From NCBI GenBank assembly GCA_963662545.2, contig CAXXLL010000002.1:288001-352000 (forward strand): a DNA stretch of 64,000 nt. Reading direction: 5' to 3'. The DNA comes from Gammaproteobacteria bacterium. Its GTDB lineage: Bacteria; Pseudomonadota; Gammaproteobacteria; Ga0077536. The notes beneath the pieces are model-generated. The model was not told where the DNA came from, made no database searches, and was given only the letters and a program-made list of their open reading frames with translations. Positions 47,362 to 57,677 of this stretch are shown here, piece by piece; the stretch's first letter is position 1; each line of letters opens with the position of its first letter. The position numbers were made by a program, and so were the translations under genes.

Positions 47362-48435
47362 TTAATCGACCATCACATTCCGGGGTTCGTCTGCCACGAT
47401 TCTATTCCGGGCTCTGCGGAATTTCGATATCTCGTCGTAAATGACACGGCGCGCGCGACTGATCCCCCCGAGCGGCCGGTGCTCCGGAAGGACACGCCAG
47501 GGGTTGAAGGACAGATTTTCGCAAAACGCCATGCGGCCGGGTGAATCAAAAGTCTGTGCTGGAATCTCGATCTTCGCCACTGGAATAAAAGGCGAACGGC
47601 TTTCGCTCCATTCCCGGCTGGGGTCTTCAATCGGCATGGAAGCTGCATCGGATTGAAACTGCAGGGAAAACTCGAAGCAGGCATCGCCCGCCGCCAGCCG
47701 AGCGCCGAGTTGGCGTGCGAGAAAATCGTCCGGCGGTGTCTGCGGCAGGGGGGTGTTGGCGCGCGTACACGGGCTAGCACTGTATTTTACCGCACGGCCG
47801 TCACCGAACCGGTAAGCCACCATGCTGAACCAGCGAAGGTCGAGCAGATCGGCATGCCGCGCGAGCATCTCGCGGACGATCATGAAGGCCCGCAGGTGCG
47901 AATCGAAGGGATTGAAAAAAAACGACAGCGCGCGGTCGTCGGCGAAGGCCTCGAATGCCTGCGAGTAGGTCGCGACATCTGGAAACACGAACACCGGATG
48001 TGAGACCAGGAGGAAATCCTGGGTACGGGCATTCGGGTCAGGTTCGAACAACTTTGAACCATCCACTTCCAGGAGCTTAAGGGCCATGCCCCGGACGTCT
48101 GCTTCGATGTCCGCTTGGGGATCGGCGTTGTTGGAAAACCGGATCCATACCGGGTAGCTCGCGCCTGCTTGAAATACACCGACTTGCAGCTCGGCGGGTA
48201 AATCTGCATCGATGGCGAAGCTTCCATGCACGCAACCATGGTGTTTAGGGTGCGCCCCACGGCGTGTCAGTTCACCGCCATCACGCGCTTCGATGGCGTC
48301 CGTGAACATCGATACCACCCGTTCGATTTCGGCGGCTTCGCCTGGGGGCACGCGCTCTTCTGCGACGCCGGGCAGGTCTTGTTGGGAACAGGCGGCGAGA
48401 AAAATGAGGCTGCAGCTCAGGGCAATACCCGGCAT
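47362..48435 (-). CDS. Small catalase-related heme protein, probable lipoprotein
   Basis: Lipobox LAAC; RRGAHPKHHGC distal His, WIRFS, RGMALKL, QDFLL, SFNPW, HRPLG, RARRVIY proximal Tyr; start uncertain. Confidence 0.82.
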   Translation of the reverse strand: MPGIALSCSLIFLAACSQQDLPGVAEERVPPGEAAEIERVVSMFTDAIEARDGGELTRRGAHPKHHGCVHGSFAIDADLPAELQVGVFQAGASYPVWIRFSNNADPQADIEADVRGMALKLLEVDGSKLFEPDPNARTQDFLLVSHPVFVFPDVATYSQAFEAFADDRALSFFFNPFDSHLRAFMIVREMLARHADLLDLRWFSMVAYRFGDGRAVKYSASPCTRANTPLPQTPPDDFLARQLGARLAAGDACFEFSLQFQSDAASMPIEDPSREWSESRSPFIPVAKIEIPAQTFDSPGRMAFCENLSFNPWRVLPEHRPLGGISRARRVIYDEISKFRRARNRIVADEPRNVMVD

Positions 48436-48460
48436 CGCAGCCAGGTGGCTTGCCCGCCGC

Positions 48461-48907
48461 TCAGAACGGGATATCGTCGTCAAATTCGTCCGTCGGTTGC
48501 TCGGACGGTCCCGGTGCCGAAGCCGAAGCCGAAGCATCGCCGCTCTTCACGGGGGCGCCACCCCCGGTACCGCGGCCGCCCAACATCTGCATTTCATTGG
48601 CGACGATTTCGGTGGTATAGCGGTCATTCCCGTCGCGGTCCTGCCATTTGCGAGTTTGAATGCGTCCTTCGACATAGATTTGCGAACCTTTATGCAAGTA
48701 CTGTTCTACGATTTCCGCCAAGCGTCCGAAGAACACTACCCGGTGCCATTCTGTCCGTTCCTGTTGTTCAGCGCTCTCTTTATCGCGCCATGATTCAGCG
48801 GTGGCCAACCTTACGTTGGCAACCGCGCTGCCGTTTGTGGTGTAGCGAATCTCCGGATCCGCGCCGAGGTTACCGATCAGAGTGGCCTTGTTGATTCCGC
48901 GTGCCAT
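48461..48907 (-). CDS. ssb: Single-stranded DNA-binding protein
   Basis: [22 protein letters not shown]-terminal FDDDIPF. Confidence 0.98.
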   Translation of the reverse strand: MARGINKATLIGNLGADPEIRYTTNGSAVANVRLATAESWRDKESAEQQERTEWHRVVFFGRLAEIVEQYLHKGSQIYVEGRIQTRKWQDRDGNDRYTTEIVANEMQMLGGRGTGGGAPVKSGDASASASAPGPSEQPTDEFDDDIPF

Positions 48908-49384
48908 GGGTGCTTTCTCCCTAGTGATTATTGAGTCGTCCTTGATTCTCGAACCGACTATGAATCCGCCTCGACTCTCATGGTCCGCGATCATGCGGTT
49001 GCGGGTGGGCTCATAACGGAGTCTCGGATTCTACCGAAGGTAAACGATGACGTCAGTCCTTTGAACGGGCCAGGAGGCTCTTGGCGATGAATCGCGCGAA
49101 GTCGATTCGGGCGCGGCAGACCAGGGCGCGGCCCGGCAGAACCGGCATTAATCCAAGGATTTCTGCATTCAGCTTGCCACCGACCCCACCCGTAAACACG
49201 ACGAGAGATTAGAACGTGACCCAGCCGCCCGGTCTAGCAACACCAGGCGATCCGCCATCCGTGAGGGAGCGAGCTAGCGATGAAGTGAAATCGACTTGGG
49301 CGAGCCTGAAAAAACGCCGTATAGTACTCGTTTGATCTTTGCGCGCCGGTTGAACGACGCGCAGAAATTGATTGCCACTATCTA

Positions 49385-52237
49385 ATGAAAACCATACAAC
49401 TGCGCGGGGCGCGCACTCACAACTTGAAAAACGTCGATGTCGATCTGCCCCGTGATCGGCTCATCGTCATCACCGGGCTTTCGGGATCGGGTAAATCCTC
49501 CCTCGCCTTCGACACGATATATGCCGAAGGGCAGCGCCGCTACGTCGAGTCCCTGTCGGCTTACGCCCGGCAATTCCTCTCCGTGATGGAGAAACCCGAT
49601 ATCGATCACATCGAAGGCCTTTCGCCGGCCATCTCAATCGAGCAAAAATCAACTTCGCACAATCCGCGCTCGACGGTGGGAACGATCACGGAGATATACG
49701 ATTACCTGCGGCTATTATTCGCGCGGGTGGGCGAGCCGCGATGCCCGGATCATGCAGAGGTGCTGGAGGCGCAGGCGGTGTCGCAGATGGTCGACCAGGT
49801 TCTCGCCCAGCCCGAGGATTCGAGGTGGATCCTGCTCGCTCCGGTTGTACGCGGACGCAAGGGCGAGCATCACCAGGTGTTTGAACACCTGATCCGCCTC
49901 GGCTACGTTCGCGCGCAAGTTGACGGTGAAATCGTGATGCTCGACGAACCACCCGTGCTCGCGTTACGCAAGAAACATGACATTGACGTAGTCGTCGATC
50001 GCTTCAAGGTGCGTGAAGACTTGAGGTTGAGACTCACCGAGTCGTTCGAGTCAGCCTTAGAGCTTGGCGAAGGGGTCGCGCGGGTACGGTCGATGGAAGG
50101 AAATAGTCCGGAATTGCTGTTCTCCTCCCGTTTCGCATGCCCAGTCTGTGGATACAGCATTAACGAACTCGAACCACGTCTGTTTTCCTTCAACAATCCC
50201 GTCGGCGCTTGTGCGTCTTGTGACGGCCTCGGCGTGGTTCAGTACTTTGACGAGCAGCGCGTGGTACAGCGTCCGGAAATCAGTCTGCCCGCCGGCGCCA
50301 TTCGGGGTTGGGATCGTCGCAATGCTTATTATTTTCAACTGATCAACGCGCTGGCACGCCATTACGAATTCGATATCGACACGCCTTATTGCGACCTGCC
50401 GGAGTCCGTGCGCACGATCATCTTGCGCGGGAGTGGCAAGACCGAGATTGTATTCACCTATTTCAAGTCAGGCGGGCGAACCTATAAGCGTAAACATCCG
50501 TTCGAGGGCGTGATGAACAATATGGAGCGGCGCTACCGCGAGACCGATTCGAATGTGGTGCGCGAAGATCTCGCGCGTTACCTCGGCAGCAAGCCATGCC
50601 CCGACTGCGATGGCACGCGCCTGAACCGTGCTGCGCGCAACGTGTTCGTGAATGAGATGAACGTGGCCGCGATCACGGCGAAGCCGATCGGGATGGCATA
50701 TGAGTTTTTCGAAGCACTGGAATTGCCAGGTCAGCGTGGCGAGATCGCGGAAAAGATCGTCAAGGAAGTGCGCTTGAGGCTCCAGTTCCTGGTCAACGTA
50801 GGACTCGATTACCTCGCGCTGGATCGCAGCGCCGATACGCTTTCCGGAGGCGAAGCCCAGCGCATTCGACTTGCGAGCCAGATCGGCGCCGGCCTGGTCG
50901 GCGTGATGTACATCCTGGACGAACCTTCCATCGGCCTGCATCAACGCGACAATCAACGCCTGCTGAAAACACTGCGGCATCTGCGCGACCTCGGGAACAC
51001 GGTGATCGTGGTCGAGCACGATGAAGAAGCGATCCGGGCGGCGGACCACGTGGTGGACATGGGCCCTGGCGCCGGCGTGCACGGCGGGAATATCGTGGCC
51101 GAGGGGATTCCGGATGCGATCGCCGCATGCCCCGAATCCCTCACCGGACAATACCTATCCGGAAGGCGCGCGATCGAGATCCCTACCATGCGGGTAGCGG
51201 CCAATCCCAAACGCATGCTCGAAATCTTCGGCGCCTGCGGCAATAACCTGAAATACATAGACGTGCAGATCCCGGTCGGGCTGATGACCTGCGTCACGGG
51301 CGTATCGGGGTCCGGCAAATCGACCCTGGTTAACGACACGCTCTACCGCGTCACCGCGCGCGAACTCAACGCTGCGACGGTCAGCGTTGCGGAGTATCGC
51401 GAGATCAAAGGACTTGATCAGTTCGACAAGGTGGTCGATATCGACCAGAGCCCAATCGGCCGCACGCCGCGTTCAAACCCCGCCACTTACACGGGACTGT
51501 TCACGCCGATCCGGGATTTGTTTGCGGCGATGCCCGAGGCCCGTTCACGCGGCTATAAGCCGGGACGGTTCAGTTTCAATGTCAAGGGTGGGCGCTGCGA
51601 TACTTGTCAGGGAGATGGGCTAATCAAGGTCGAAATGCATTTTCTGCCTGATATCTACGTGGCCTGCGACCTGTGCAAGGGATCGCGCTACAACCGCGAA
51701 ACACTGGAAATAGCCTACAAGGGTAAGTCCATTAGCGATGTCCTGGAAATGACGGTCGAAGAAGCGCGCCAGTTCTTCGATGCCATTCCTGCGGTCGCCG
51801 CCAAGCTGCAAACACTGACGGAAGTCGGCCTGTCGTATATTCGCCTCGGGCAGAACGCGACGACGCTTTCCGGCGGCGAGGCGCAGCGCGTCAAACTCTC
51901 GCGTGAGTTATCGAAACGCGATACGGGTAAAACACTCTACATCCTTGACGAGCCCACGACCGGGTTGCATTTTCATGACATCAAGCAATTGCTCAAAGTT
52001 CTCCATCGGTTGCGCGATCACGGCAATACCATCGTCGTCATCGAGCACAATCTCGATGTCATCAAGACCGCCGACTGGATCATCGACCTCGGTCCCGAGG
52101 GGGGCGACAAGGGCGGTGAGGTGATCGCAACGGGCACGCCCGAGACCGTCGCCGAAAACCCGGTCTCCTACACGGGACAGTTCCTCAATCGGGTATTGTA
52201 CAAACGCGGCGAAATCACCGAGCGCATCTCCGCCTGA
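49385..52237 (+). CDS. uvrA: Excinuclease ABC subunit A
   Basis: [31 protein letters not shown], two ABC cassettes, zinc fingers. Confidence 0.99.
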   Translation: MKTIQLRGARTHNLKNVDVDLPRDRLIVITGLSGSGKSSLAFDTIYAEGQRRYVESLSAYARQFLSVMEKPDIDHIEGLSPAISIEQKSTSHNPRSTVGTITEIYDYLRLLFARVGEPRCPDHAEVLEAQAVSQMVDQVLAQPEDSRWILLAPVVRGRKGEHHQVFEHLIRLGYVRAQVDGEIVMLDEPPVLALRKKHDIDVVVDRFKVREDLRLRLTESFESALELGEGVARVRSMEGNSPELLFSSRFACPVCGYSINELEPRLFSFNNPVGACASCDGLGVVQYFDEQRVVQRPEISLPAGAIRGWDRRNAYYFQLINALARHYEFDIDTPYCDLPESVRTIILRGSGKTEIVFTYFKSGGRTYKRKHPFEGVMNNMERRYRETDSNVVREDLARYLGSKPCPDCDGTRLNRAARNVFVNEMNVAAITAKPIGMAYEFFEALELPGQRGEIAEKIVKEVRLRLQFLVNVGLDYLALDRSADTLSGGEAQRIRLASQIGAGLVGVMYILDEPSIGLHQRDNQRLLKTLRHLRDLGNTVIVVEHDEEAIRAADHVVDMGPGAGVHGGNIVAEGIPDAIAACPESLTGQYLSGRRAIEIPTMRVAANPKRMLEIFGACGNNLKYIDVQIPVGLMTCVTGVSGSGKSTLVNDTLYRVTARELNAATVSVAEYREIKGLDQFDKVVDIDQSPIGRTPRSNPATYTGLFTPIRDLFAAMPEARSRGYKPGRFSFNVKGGRCDTCQGDGLIKVEMHFLPDIYVACDLCKGSRYNRETLEIAYKGKSISDVLEMTVEEARQFFDAIPAVAAKLQTLTEVGLSYIRLGQNATTLSGGEAQRVKLSRELSKRDTGKTLYILDEPTTGLHFHDIKQLLKVLHRLRDHGNTIVVIEHNLDVIKTADWIIDLGPEGGDKGGEVIATGTPETVAENPVSYTGQFLNRVLYKRGEITERISA

Positions 52238-52252
52238 ACCCGAGTTCGCGCT

Positions 52253-52903
52253 TTAAATTGCAATCTGGCGCCCGAGCACGTATCCGTATATCAGGATCAC
52301 CGGTGCCTGGATCAACAGCTCCATCGCATTGGGTACGACCCGGTCGAACCCGGTCGTATTGAATGCCCGATCCAGTACCTCGCCCAAGCGCTGCCCCGAG
52401 CGCGCCGCCAGTTGATGGCCGAACACGACGATGCAGACAATGAGCAGCGCAGTTGCTAGTCCCGGCCAGACCGTGGCGGCCGTCGCTCCTAGGTATTCCG
52501 TGTACCAGGTGAAAACGGCACCCGTCGCGATGATGCCCTGGAGCGGAACGATCAGTTCGGTGCGCTTCCTGAACGGAGGGAAGAGAGGCAACAGTAGCGT
52601 GCATACGAACAGTATGCCGAGTAGATTGTTCAACCGCAGCGATTCATCGGCCAGCAGTCGTCCGATTTCCGGTGCGTGCCGTAGACCGAACAGGGAAGGG
52701 TAGGCCAGGAATACGAAAGCCATGATCACGGCGGCGCGAACGAACGGCGTCAGCAGGTGATGCCGGCTCCAATGAAACACATGGTTGCTTTCGAGTACAC
52801 CATTGAGGTGGTGTTCGATGAAGGGCTCTGCGATGCCGGCGAGCAAGAAAAATGAAAGTGCGAAAAACACGTCCAGCGTCGTCGTTGCTTCTGTGAAAGA
52901 CAT
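52253..52903 (-). CDS. Hypothetical polytopic membrane protein
   Basis: About six hydrophobic segments; fills the gap after uvrA. Confidence 0.7.
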   Translation of the reverse strand: MSFTEATTTLDVFFALSFFLLAGIAEPFIEHHLNGVLESNHVFHWSRHHLLTPFVRAAVIMAFVFLAYPSLFGLRHAPEIGRLLADESLRLNNLLGILFVCTLLLPLFPPFRKRTELIVPLQGIIATGAVFTWYTEYLGATAATVWPGLATALLIVCIVVFGHQLAARSGQRLGEVLDRAFNTTGFDRVVPNAMELLIQAPVILIYGYVLGRQIAI

Positions 52904-52919
52904 GATCGAAGGGCTTTAA

Positions 52920-53081
52920 AGAACCTCTGAATAAGTCATGGCACATTTGCCTTGCCCATGAAATCGCGCAGATCTGTGTTAGGAACTTTGCCAATAGTCC
53001 CCGCTAGTGGCTGCAATTCGTGCCTTGATCTGCACTATTTCATAAACAATTCAGACGCACCTTGACTTATTCAGAGGTTCC
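52920..53081 (+). mobile_element. MITE family A, copy 2 (162 bp)
   Basis: Same TIRs as copy 1; TTAA on both sides; between divergent genes. Confidence 0.88.
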
Positions 53082-53154
53082 TTAAAAGCGCCACGGCGCG
53101 ATTCGCGATTCGAGTATGATGGAGATCCCGTCTGCTCTCAAAGGAAATCGATCA

Positions 53155-54093
53155 ATGCCCGCTTTGATCTGCGGTTCTTTCGCCTATGACAACATCATGG
53201 TGTTTCAGGACCGTTTCAAGAACCACATTCTCCCGGACAAGATCCATATTCTGAACGTATCGTTCCTGGTACCGGAGCTGCGCCGGGAGTTTGGCGGGTG
53301 TGCGGGTAACATCGCCTATAACCTGAAGATGATCGGCGGCGATCCGCTGCCGATGGGTACGGTCGGACGGGATTTCGCGCCGTATGCACAATGGATGGAC
53401 GTACAAGGTATCGAGCGGCGCTGCGTCAGGGAGCTGGATGACACCCTGACCGCGCAGGCGTTCATCACCACCGATCTCGATGACAACCAGATCACGGCCT
53501 TCCATCCGGGTGCCATGGAGCATTCAGCCCTCAACGCCGTCGTCGATGCAGGCGCCGTCAGCATCGGCATCATCGCGCCGGATGGTCGTGAGGGCATGAT
53601 TCGTCATGCCGAACAGATGAAAGCTTCCGGGATCCCGTTCATTTTCGATCCCGGGCAGGGCATGCCGATGTTCGACGGCGAGGACCTGAAGCGTTTCATT
53701 GACGACGCCACCTGGGTCACAGTGAACGATTACGAATCGGAACTGATGCAGGAGCGTACCGGTCTATCGCCTGGCGAGATCGCGGAACACGTGCTGGCGC
53801 TCGTGATAACACGCGGCGGCGAGGGGTCCCACGTCTATATCGACGGTGCCCGTATGGAAATTCCTGCCGCGGCCCCGGCGACGATCAAGGATCCCACCGG
53901 TTGTGGCGACGCTTACCGGGCGGGGCTTTTGTACGGCCTCGGGCATGACTTGCCGTGGGAGACTACCGGGCGCATCGCGTCTCTGCTGGGTGCGATCAAG
54001 ATCGAGAATGCGGGCACGCAGAATCATCATGTATCGCGCGACGAATTCGCCGCGCGCTATCGTTTGGCCTTTGGCATGAGCCTCGAGTGGTGA
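53155..54093 (+). CDS. PfkB-family kinase (probable adenosine/nucleoside kinase)
   Basis: ALICGSFAYD, GGCAGNIAY, FDPGQ, DPTGCGDAYRAG. Confidence 0.9.
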   Translation: MPALICGSFAYDNIMVFQDRFKNHILPDKIHILNVSFLVPELRREFGGCAGNIAYNLKMIGGDPLPMGTVGRDFAPYAQWMDVQGIERRCVRELDDTLTAQAFITTDLDDNQITAFHPGAMEHSALNAVVDAGAVSIGIIAPDGREGMIRHAEQMKASGIPFIFDPGQGMPMFDGEDLKRFIDDATWVTVNDYESELMQERTGLSPGEIAEHVLALVITRGGEGSHVYIDGARMEIPAAAPATIKDPTGCGDAYRAGLLYGLGHDLPWETTGRIASLLGAIKIENAGTQNHHVSRDEFAARYRLAFGMSLEW

Positions 54094-54119
54094 CTTCGGT
54101 CGGGATTTCAATTGTTGAC

Positions 54120-54141
54120 AAATGTGACATGCAACGCATTT
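54120..54141. promoter_or_regulatory. Degenerate CRP-type site
   Basis: AAA-TGTGA-CATGCA-ACGCA-TTT; two mismatches in one half-site. Confidence 0.4.
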
Positions 54142-54286
54142 CAGCCATTCAGGGGTGTCGCCAATTACTGCGGTATGTAAGACTTTTTGGAACACCTATG
54201 GACTAAAGGCAGGAACGCTGCGCGAAACCGAACATGCGTCGGTCTGCTGACAACAAGTCACAGCAATCGCTCTGCAATCACTCTCG

Positions 54287-55261
54287 ATGATGCGCCAACT
54301 GGATAAGTGGACGTTTGAAACTCTTCGCGGGCTGATCGCTGCCGGCCTGTTAGTAACGGCCCAGTACGCTTCCGCGACCTCCATCACGCTCGATTACTCT
54401 ATGGACGATTCCGGTTTTTTTGGCGTCGGCACGGATGCCAGAACCGTACTCGAAGCCGCGCGGGATTTTTTCGAGGTTCGCGTAACGGACGTCTTGGGGT
54501 CGATCATGCCGGGTGGCGGTAACACCTGGACCGCTACCGGGACGGATCCGTCCACCGGTGCAGGATTCACGATCAACGATATGACGCTGGTGGACGAGAT
54601 TATCGTATTCGTGGGCGCCCGCGATCTCGAAGGATCCTTGGGCAAGGCCGGACCCGGCGGCCATTTTGCAAGCGGTTCGCAAACGTTCCTCGATTCGGTC
54701 GAACTGCGCGGGCAAGGGCCTGGCGTCGGCACGACCGAAACCGCCATCTGGGGCGGCAGCATCGCCCTGGATATTAACACCACCTGGAATTTCGACGTGA
54801 ATTCGGGTGGGGGGAGCGACGCCTTATCCGTGTTGCTGCACGAATTCGGCCACGTCTTTGGATTCGGCACGGTGGATGCGTTCGACGCCATGGTCAACGG
54901 TTCAAATCAGTTCACAGGCGCGGAGTCCGAGAGTCTATTTGGCGGCAGTGTCCCCCTGGATGGCATCGTCGCTCATTTTGCAGCCGGCACCTCAAGTAAC
55001 GTCGCTGGTGGAACGGAATCTTACATCGGCGCGCTGGCAGGCGCCGCGCAGGAAACTGCGATGGATCCAAACATCACGATCGGGACGCGCAAGCTCTTCA
55101 CGGATCTCGACCTCGCCGTTCTGGACGACATCGGTTGGGACATTGAAAATCCGCCCGCGGTCATTCCGCTCCCGGCCGGCGTGTGGATGCTCTTGAGCGG
55201 GATCGTTTTGCTCGGCTTGAACGGTAATTCTCTCCGACGACCCGTCGATTCCGAAACCTAG
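54287..55261 (+). CDS. Exported zinc metalloprotease-like protein with VPLPA-CTERM (PEP-CTERM type) sorting signal
   Basis: Signal peptide; LHEFGHVFGF; Met-turn-like TAMDP; C-terminal VIPLPAGVWMLLSGIVLLG plus basic tail. Confidence 0.8.
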   Translation: MMRQLDKWTFETLRGLIAAGLLVTAQYASATSITLDYSMDDSGFFGVGTDARTVLEAARDFFEVRVTDVLGSIMPGGGNTWTATGTDPSTGAGFTINDMTLVDEIIVFVGARDLEGSLGKAGPGGHFASGSQTFLDSVELRGQGPGVGTTETAIWGGSIALDINTTWNFDVNSGGGSDALSVLLHEFGHVFGFGTVDAFDAMVNGSNQFTGAESESLFGGSVPLDGIVAHFAAGTSSNVAGGTESYIGALAGAAQETAMDPNITIGTRKLFTDLDLAVLDDIGWDIENPPAVIPLPAGVWMLLSGIVLLGLNGNSLRRPVDSET

Positions 55262-55535
55262 TTCCTTCCTGCCTGAACCCGTCGACCAGCAACTCTTCGA
55301 ACGCTTTGAGATCCGTAATCGGCGCGCTGCAGACCTGGCCGCGTCACAGGTAAGCCGTGACGGTGAAGGCGCCCCGGACGGCGCGCTCCTTGAGTATCCC
55401 GGGCAGTTCGCCGGCGTCGGCCGGGATCACGAAGCATGTGCCGCGCAAGGACGCCGCCCAGTCCGCGGCCTTGCGCCAATCGAAAGGGTTGTCTGCATGC
55501 TGGAGCTGGTAGGGGCTGATTTGATCGTGGTTCTA
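55262..55535 (-). pseudogene. Collapsed remnant of a YyaL/DUF255 (SSP411-like) thioredoxin-domain gene
   Basis: Hand translation: *NHDQISPYQLQHADNPFDW-RKAADWAASLRGTCFVIPADAGELPGILKER...TAYL*RGQVCSAPITDLKAFEELL; family N- and C-terminal motifs in one frame with stops. Confidence 0.75.
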
Positions 55536-55710
55536 TTTTGTCGCTCTGCAGTGTGTCTGCGTGGCGGTTCAACCTCTAGAATCCTGCCTATGAGCATCGT
55601 TAAAGAGCGCGTGCCTTCGATACCGCCCCTCACTCAGGTATCGATTCTCAAGACGCTTTCCCCGCGTTGCCATCGTGTATTTTCTTCGGCTTTTTTGTAT
55701 CGTCGTAGCC

Positions 55711-56505
55711 ATGATCCAGTTCCCCAACCTTAACCCGGTCGCATTCGAAATAGGGCCGGTGGCAGTGCACTGGTATGGGATTACCTATATCGCGGGGATC
55801 GCGCTCGCCTGGCTTTACCTGCACAGGGGCGCCCGGTACGGCGTTGATGAATGGACCACCCAACAGGTCGACGACCTGGTTTTTTATGCGGCCTTGGGGG
55901 CCGTGCTGGGCGGCCGCGTCGGATACGTTATGTTCTACAATGCCGTCGCGTTTTTTGACGACCCGCTCTCAATATTTGCCGTATGGCATGGCGGCATGTC
56001 ATTTCACGGTGGCGCAGTGGGGCTCGTCCTCGCGATGTGGTGGTTCGCGCGCAGCCGCGGTATGCGATTTCTCGAGGTTACCGACTTCGTTTTACCCGCC
56101 GTGCCGATCGGGCTCGGACTCGGCCGGATCGCGAACTTCGTCAACCAGGAATTGTGGGGCGCAGCGACCGATCTGCCCTGGGGCGTGGTGTTCACCCATC
56201 CGGCAGCGGGCGGATGGGCGCGACACCCCTCACAGCTCTACGAGGCCCTGCTCGAAGGCTTATGCCTGTTCGTCATTCTGCGCCTGTTGCGCGCGCGCCG
56301 GCCGTCGGTCGGCATCGTATCGGCCTGGTTTCTCATCCTCTACGCGGTTTTTCGGGGCGCGGTAGAATTCGTGCGTGAACCCGACGCCCATATCGGCTAT
56401 ATCGGTTGGAACTGGCTCACCATGGGACAGCTACTGTCGGGACCGATGCTGATCGCGGGCATCGCCATCTTAATCCTGGCGCTGCGGCGCGAAGCTACTG
56501 ACTAA
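55711..56505 (+). CDS. lgt: Prolipoprotein diacylglyceryl transferase
   Basis: VHWYG, GGRVGY, GGMSFHGG, GRIANFVNQELWG, RHPSQLYE, EFVREPD. Confidence 0.97.
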   Translation: MIQFPNLNPVAFEIGPVAVHWYGITYIAGIALAWLYLHRGARYGVDEWTTQQVDDLVFYAALGAVLGGRVGYVMFYNAVAFFDDPLSIFAVWHGGMSFHGGAVGLVLAMWWFARSRGMRFLEVTDFVLPAVPIGLGLGRIANFVNQELWGAATDLPWGVVFTHPAAGGWARHPSQLYEALLEGLCLFVILRLLRARRPSVGIVSAWFLILYAVFRGAVEFVREPDAHIGYIGWNWLTMGQLLSGPMLIAGIAILILALRREATD

Positions 56506-56666
56506 GGAATCTCTGAAAAAGTCACGGCACATCTGCCTTGCCCATGAAATCGCGGAGCCTTACGTGACGAACCTTGCCATAGTCCCCGCTATGGCCTGCG
56601 ATTCGTGCCTTGATTCGCACCCTTGCATGAACCATTCAAACGCACCATGACTTATTCAGAGGTTCC
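56506..56666 (+). mobile_element. MITE family A, copy 3 (161 bp)
   Basis: Starts at the base after the lgt TAA; flanks CTAA / TTAA. Confidence 0.88.
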
Positions 56667-56675
56667 TTAAAGCTC

Positions 56676-57470
56676 ATGCAAACCTATCTCGATTTGATTC
56701 GCCACGTGCGAAATCACGGCAGCCGGAAGGATGACCGTACCGGGACCGGTACCTTGAGCGTCTTCGGGTACCAGATGCGATTCAAACTGGCCGACGGCTT
56801 TCCGCTGCTCACGACCAAGAGGGTCCACCTCAAATCGATCATCCACGAACTCATTTGGTTTCTCCGCGGTGAATCGAACGTGGCCTACCTGCGTGAACAC
56901 GGTGTGTCGATCTGGGACGAGTGGGCGGACGAGAACGGTGAACTCGGTCCCGTCTACGGCGTTCAATGGCGGTCGTGGCCTGGCGCGGACGGCACGGCCA
57001 TCGACCAGATCTCCCAGGTCATCGACGCTATCCGCAACGATCCGAATTCGCGCCGTCTGATCGTCAGCGCCTGGAACGTGGGCGAAGTCCCCCGCATGGC
57101 GCTGGCGCCGTGTCATACGTTGTTTCAGTTCTACATTGCGCAGGGAAAATTGTCGTGCCAGCTTTACCAGCGAAGCGCGGACATCTTTCTCGGGATCCCG
57201 TTCAACATCGCCTCGTATGCCCTGCTGACCATGATGATCGCGCAGGCTTGCGAACTCGAGGTCGGCGATTTCGTTCACACCTTGGGCGATGCCCACCTCT
57301 ATCTCAATCACCTGGAACAGGCGGATCTACAGCTCACGCGCGAACCTTTCGCCCCGCCCCACTTGAGGCTCAACCCGGATGTCACTTCGGTATTCGACTT
57401 CCGCTATGAAGATTTCGTGCTCGAAGGCTACGAAGCGCATCCGCCGATCGCGGCGCCGATCGCGGTTTGA
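56676..57470 (+). CDS. thyA: Thymidylate synthase
   Basis: [35 protein letters not shown]. Confidence 0.98.
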   Translation: MQTYLDLIRHVRNHGSRKDDRTGTGTLSVFGYQMRFKLADGFPLLTTKRVHLKSIIHELIWFLRGESNVAYLREHGVSIWDEWADENGELGPVYGVQWRSWPGADGTAIDQISQVIDAIRNDPNSRRLIVSAWNVGEVPRMALAPCHTLFQFYIAQGKLSCQLYQRSADIFLGIPFNIASYALLTMMIAQACELEVGDFVHTLGDAHLYLNHLEQADLQLTREPFAPPHLRLNPDVTSVFDFRYEDFVLEGYEAHPPIAAPIAV

Positions 57471-57632
57471 GGAAGCTCTGAAAAAGTCATGGCACATCTG
57501 CCTTGCCCATGAAATCGCGCAGCTCAGCGTTACGAACCTTGCCCATAGTCCCCGCTATGGCCTGCGATTCGTGCCTTGATCTGCGTGATTTCATGAACAA
57601 TTCAGACGCACCATGACTTATTCAGAGATTCC
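57471..57632 (+). mobile_element. MITE family A, copy 4 (162 bp)
   Basis: Starts at the base after the thyA TGA; flanks TTGA / CTGA. Confidence 0.88.
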
Positions 57633-57677
57633 CTGAGCCTCCTGCCGGCGGTTTTCACGATCGGAGTCAGCGCACTC

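Noticed and set aside
52644-52994. ORFs running through MITE copies (also 35228-35455, 57379-57579, 57602-57856)
   Set aside because: Incidental frames across non-coding repeats and neighbouring genes.
55344-55346. In-frame TGA at a conserved Cys read as selenocysteine
   Set aside because: The same frame has an upstream TAG, no usable start and lacks most of the protein; no convincing SECIS hairpin follows. Nonsense decay is simpler.
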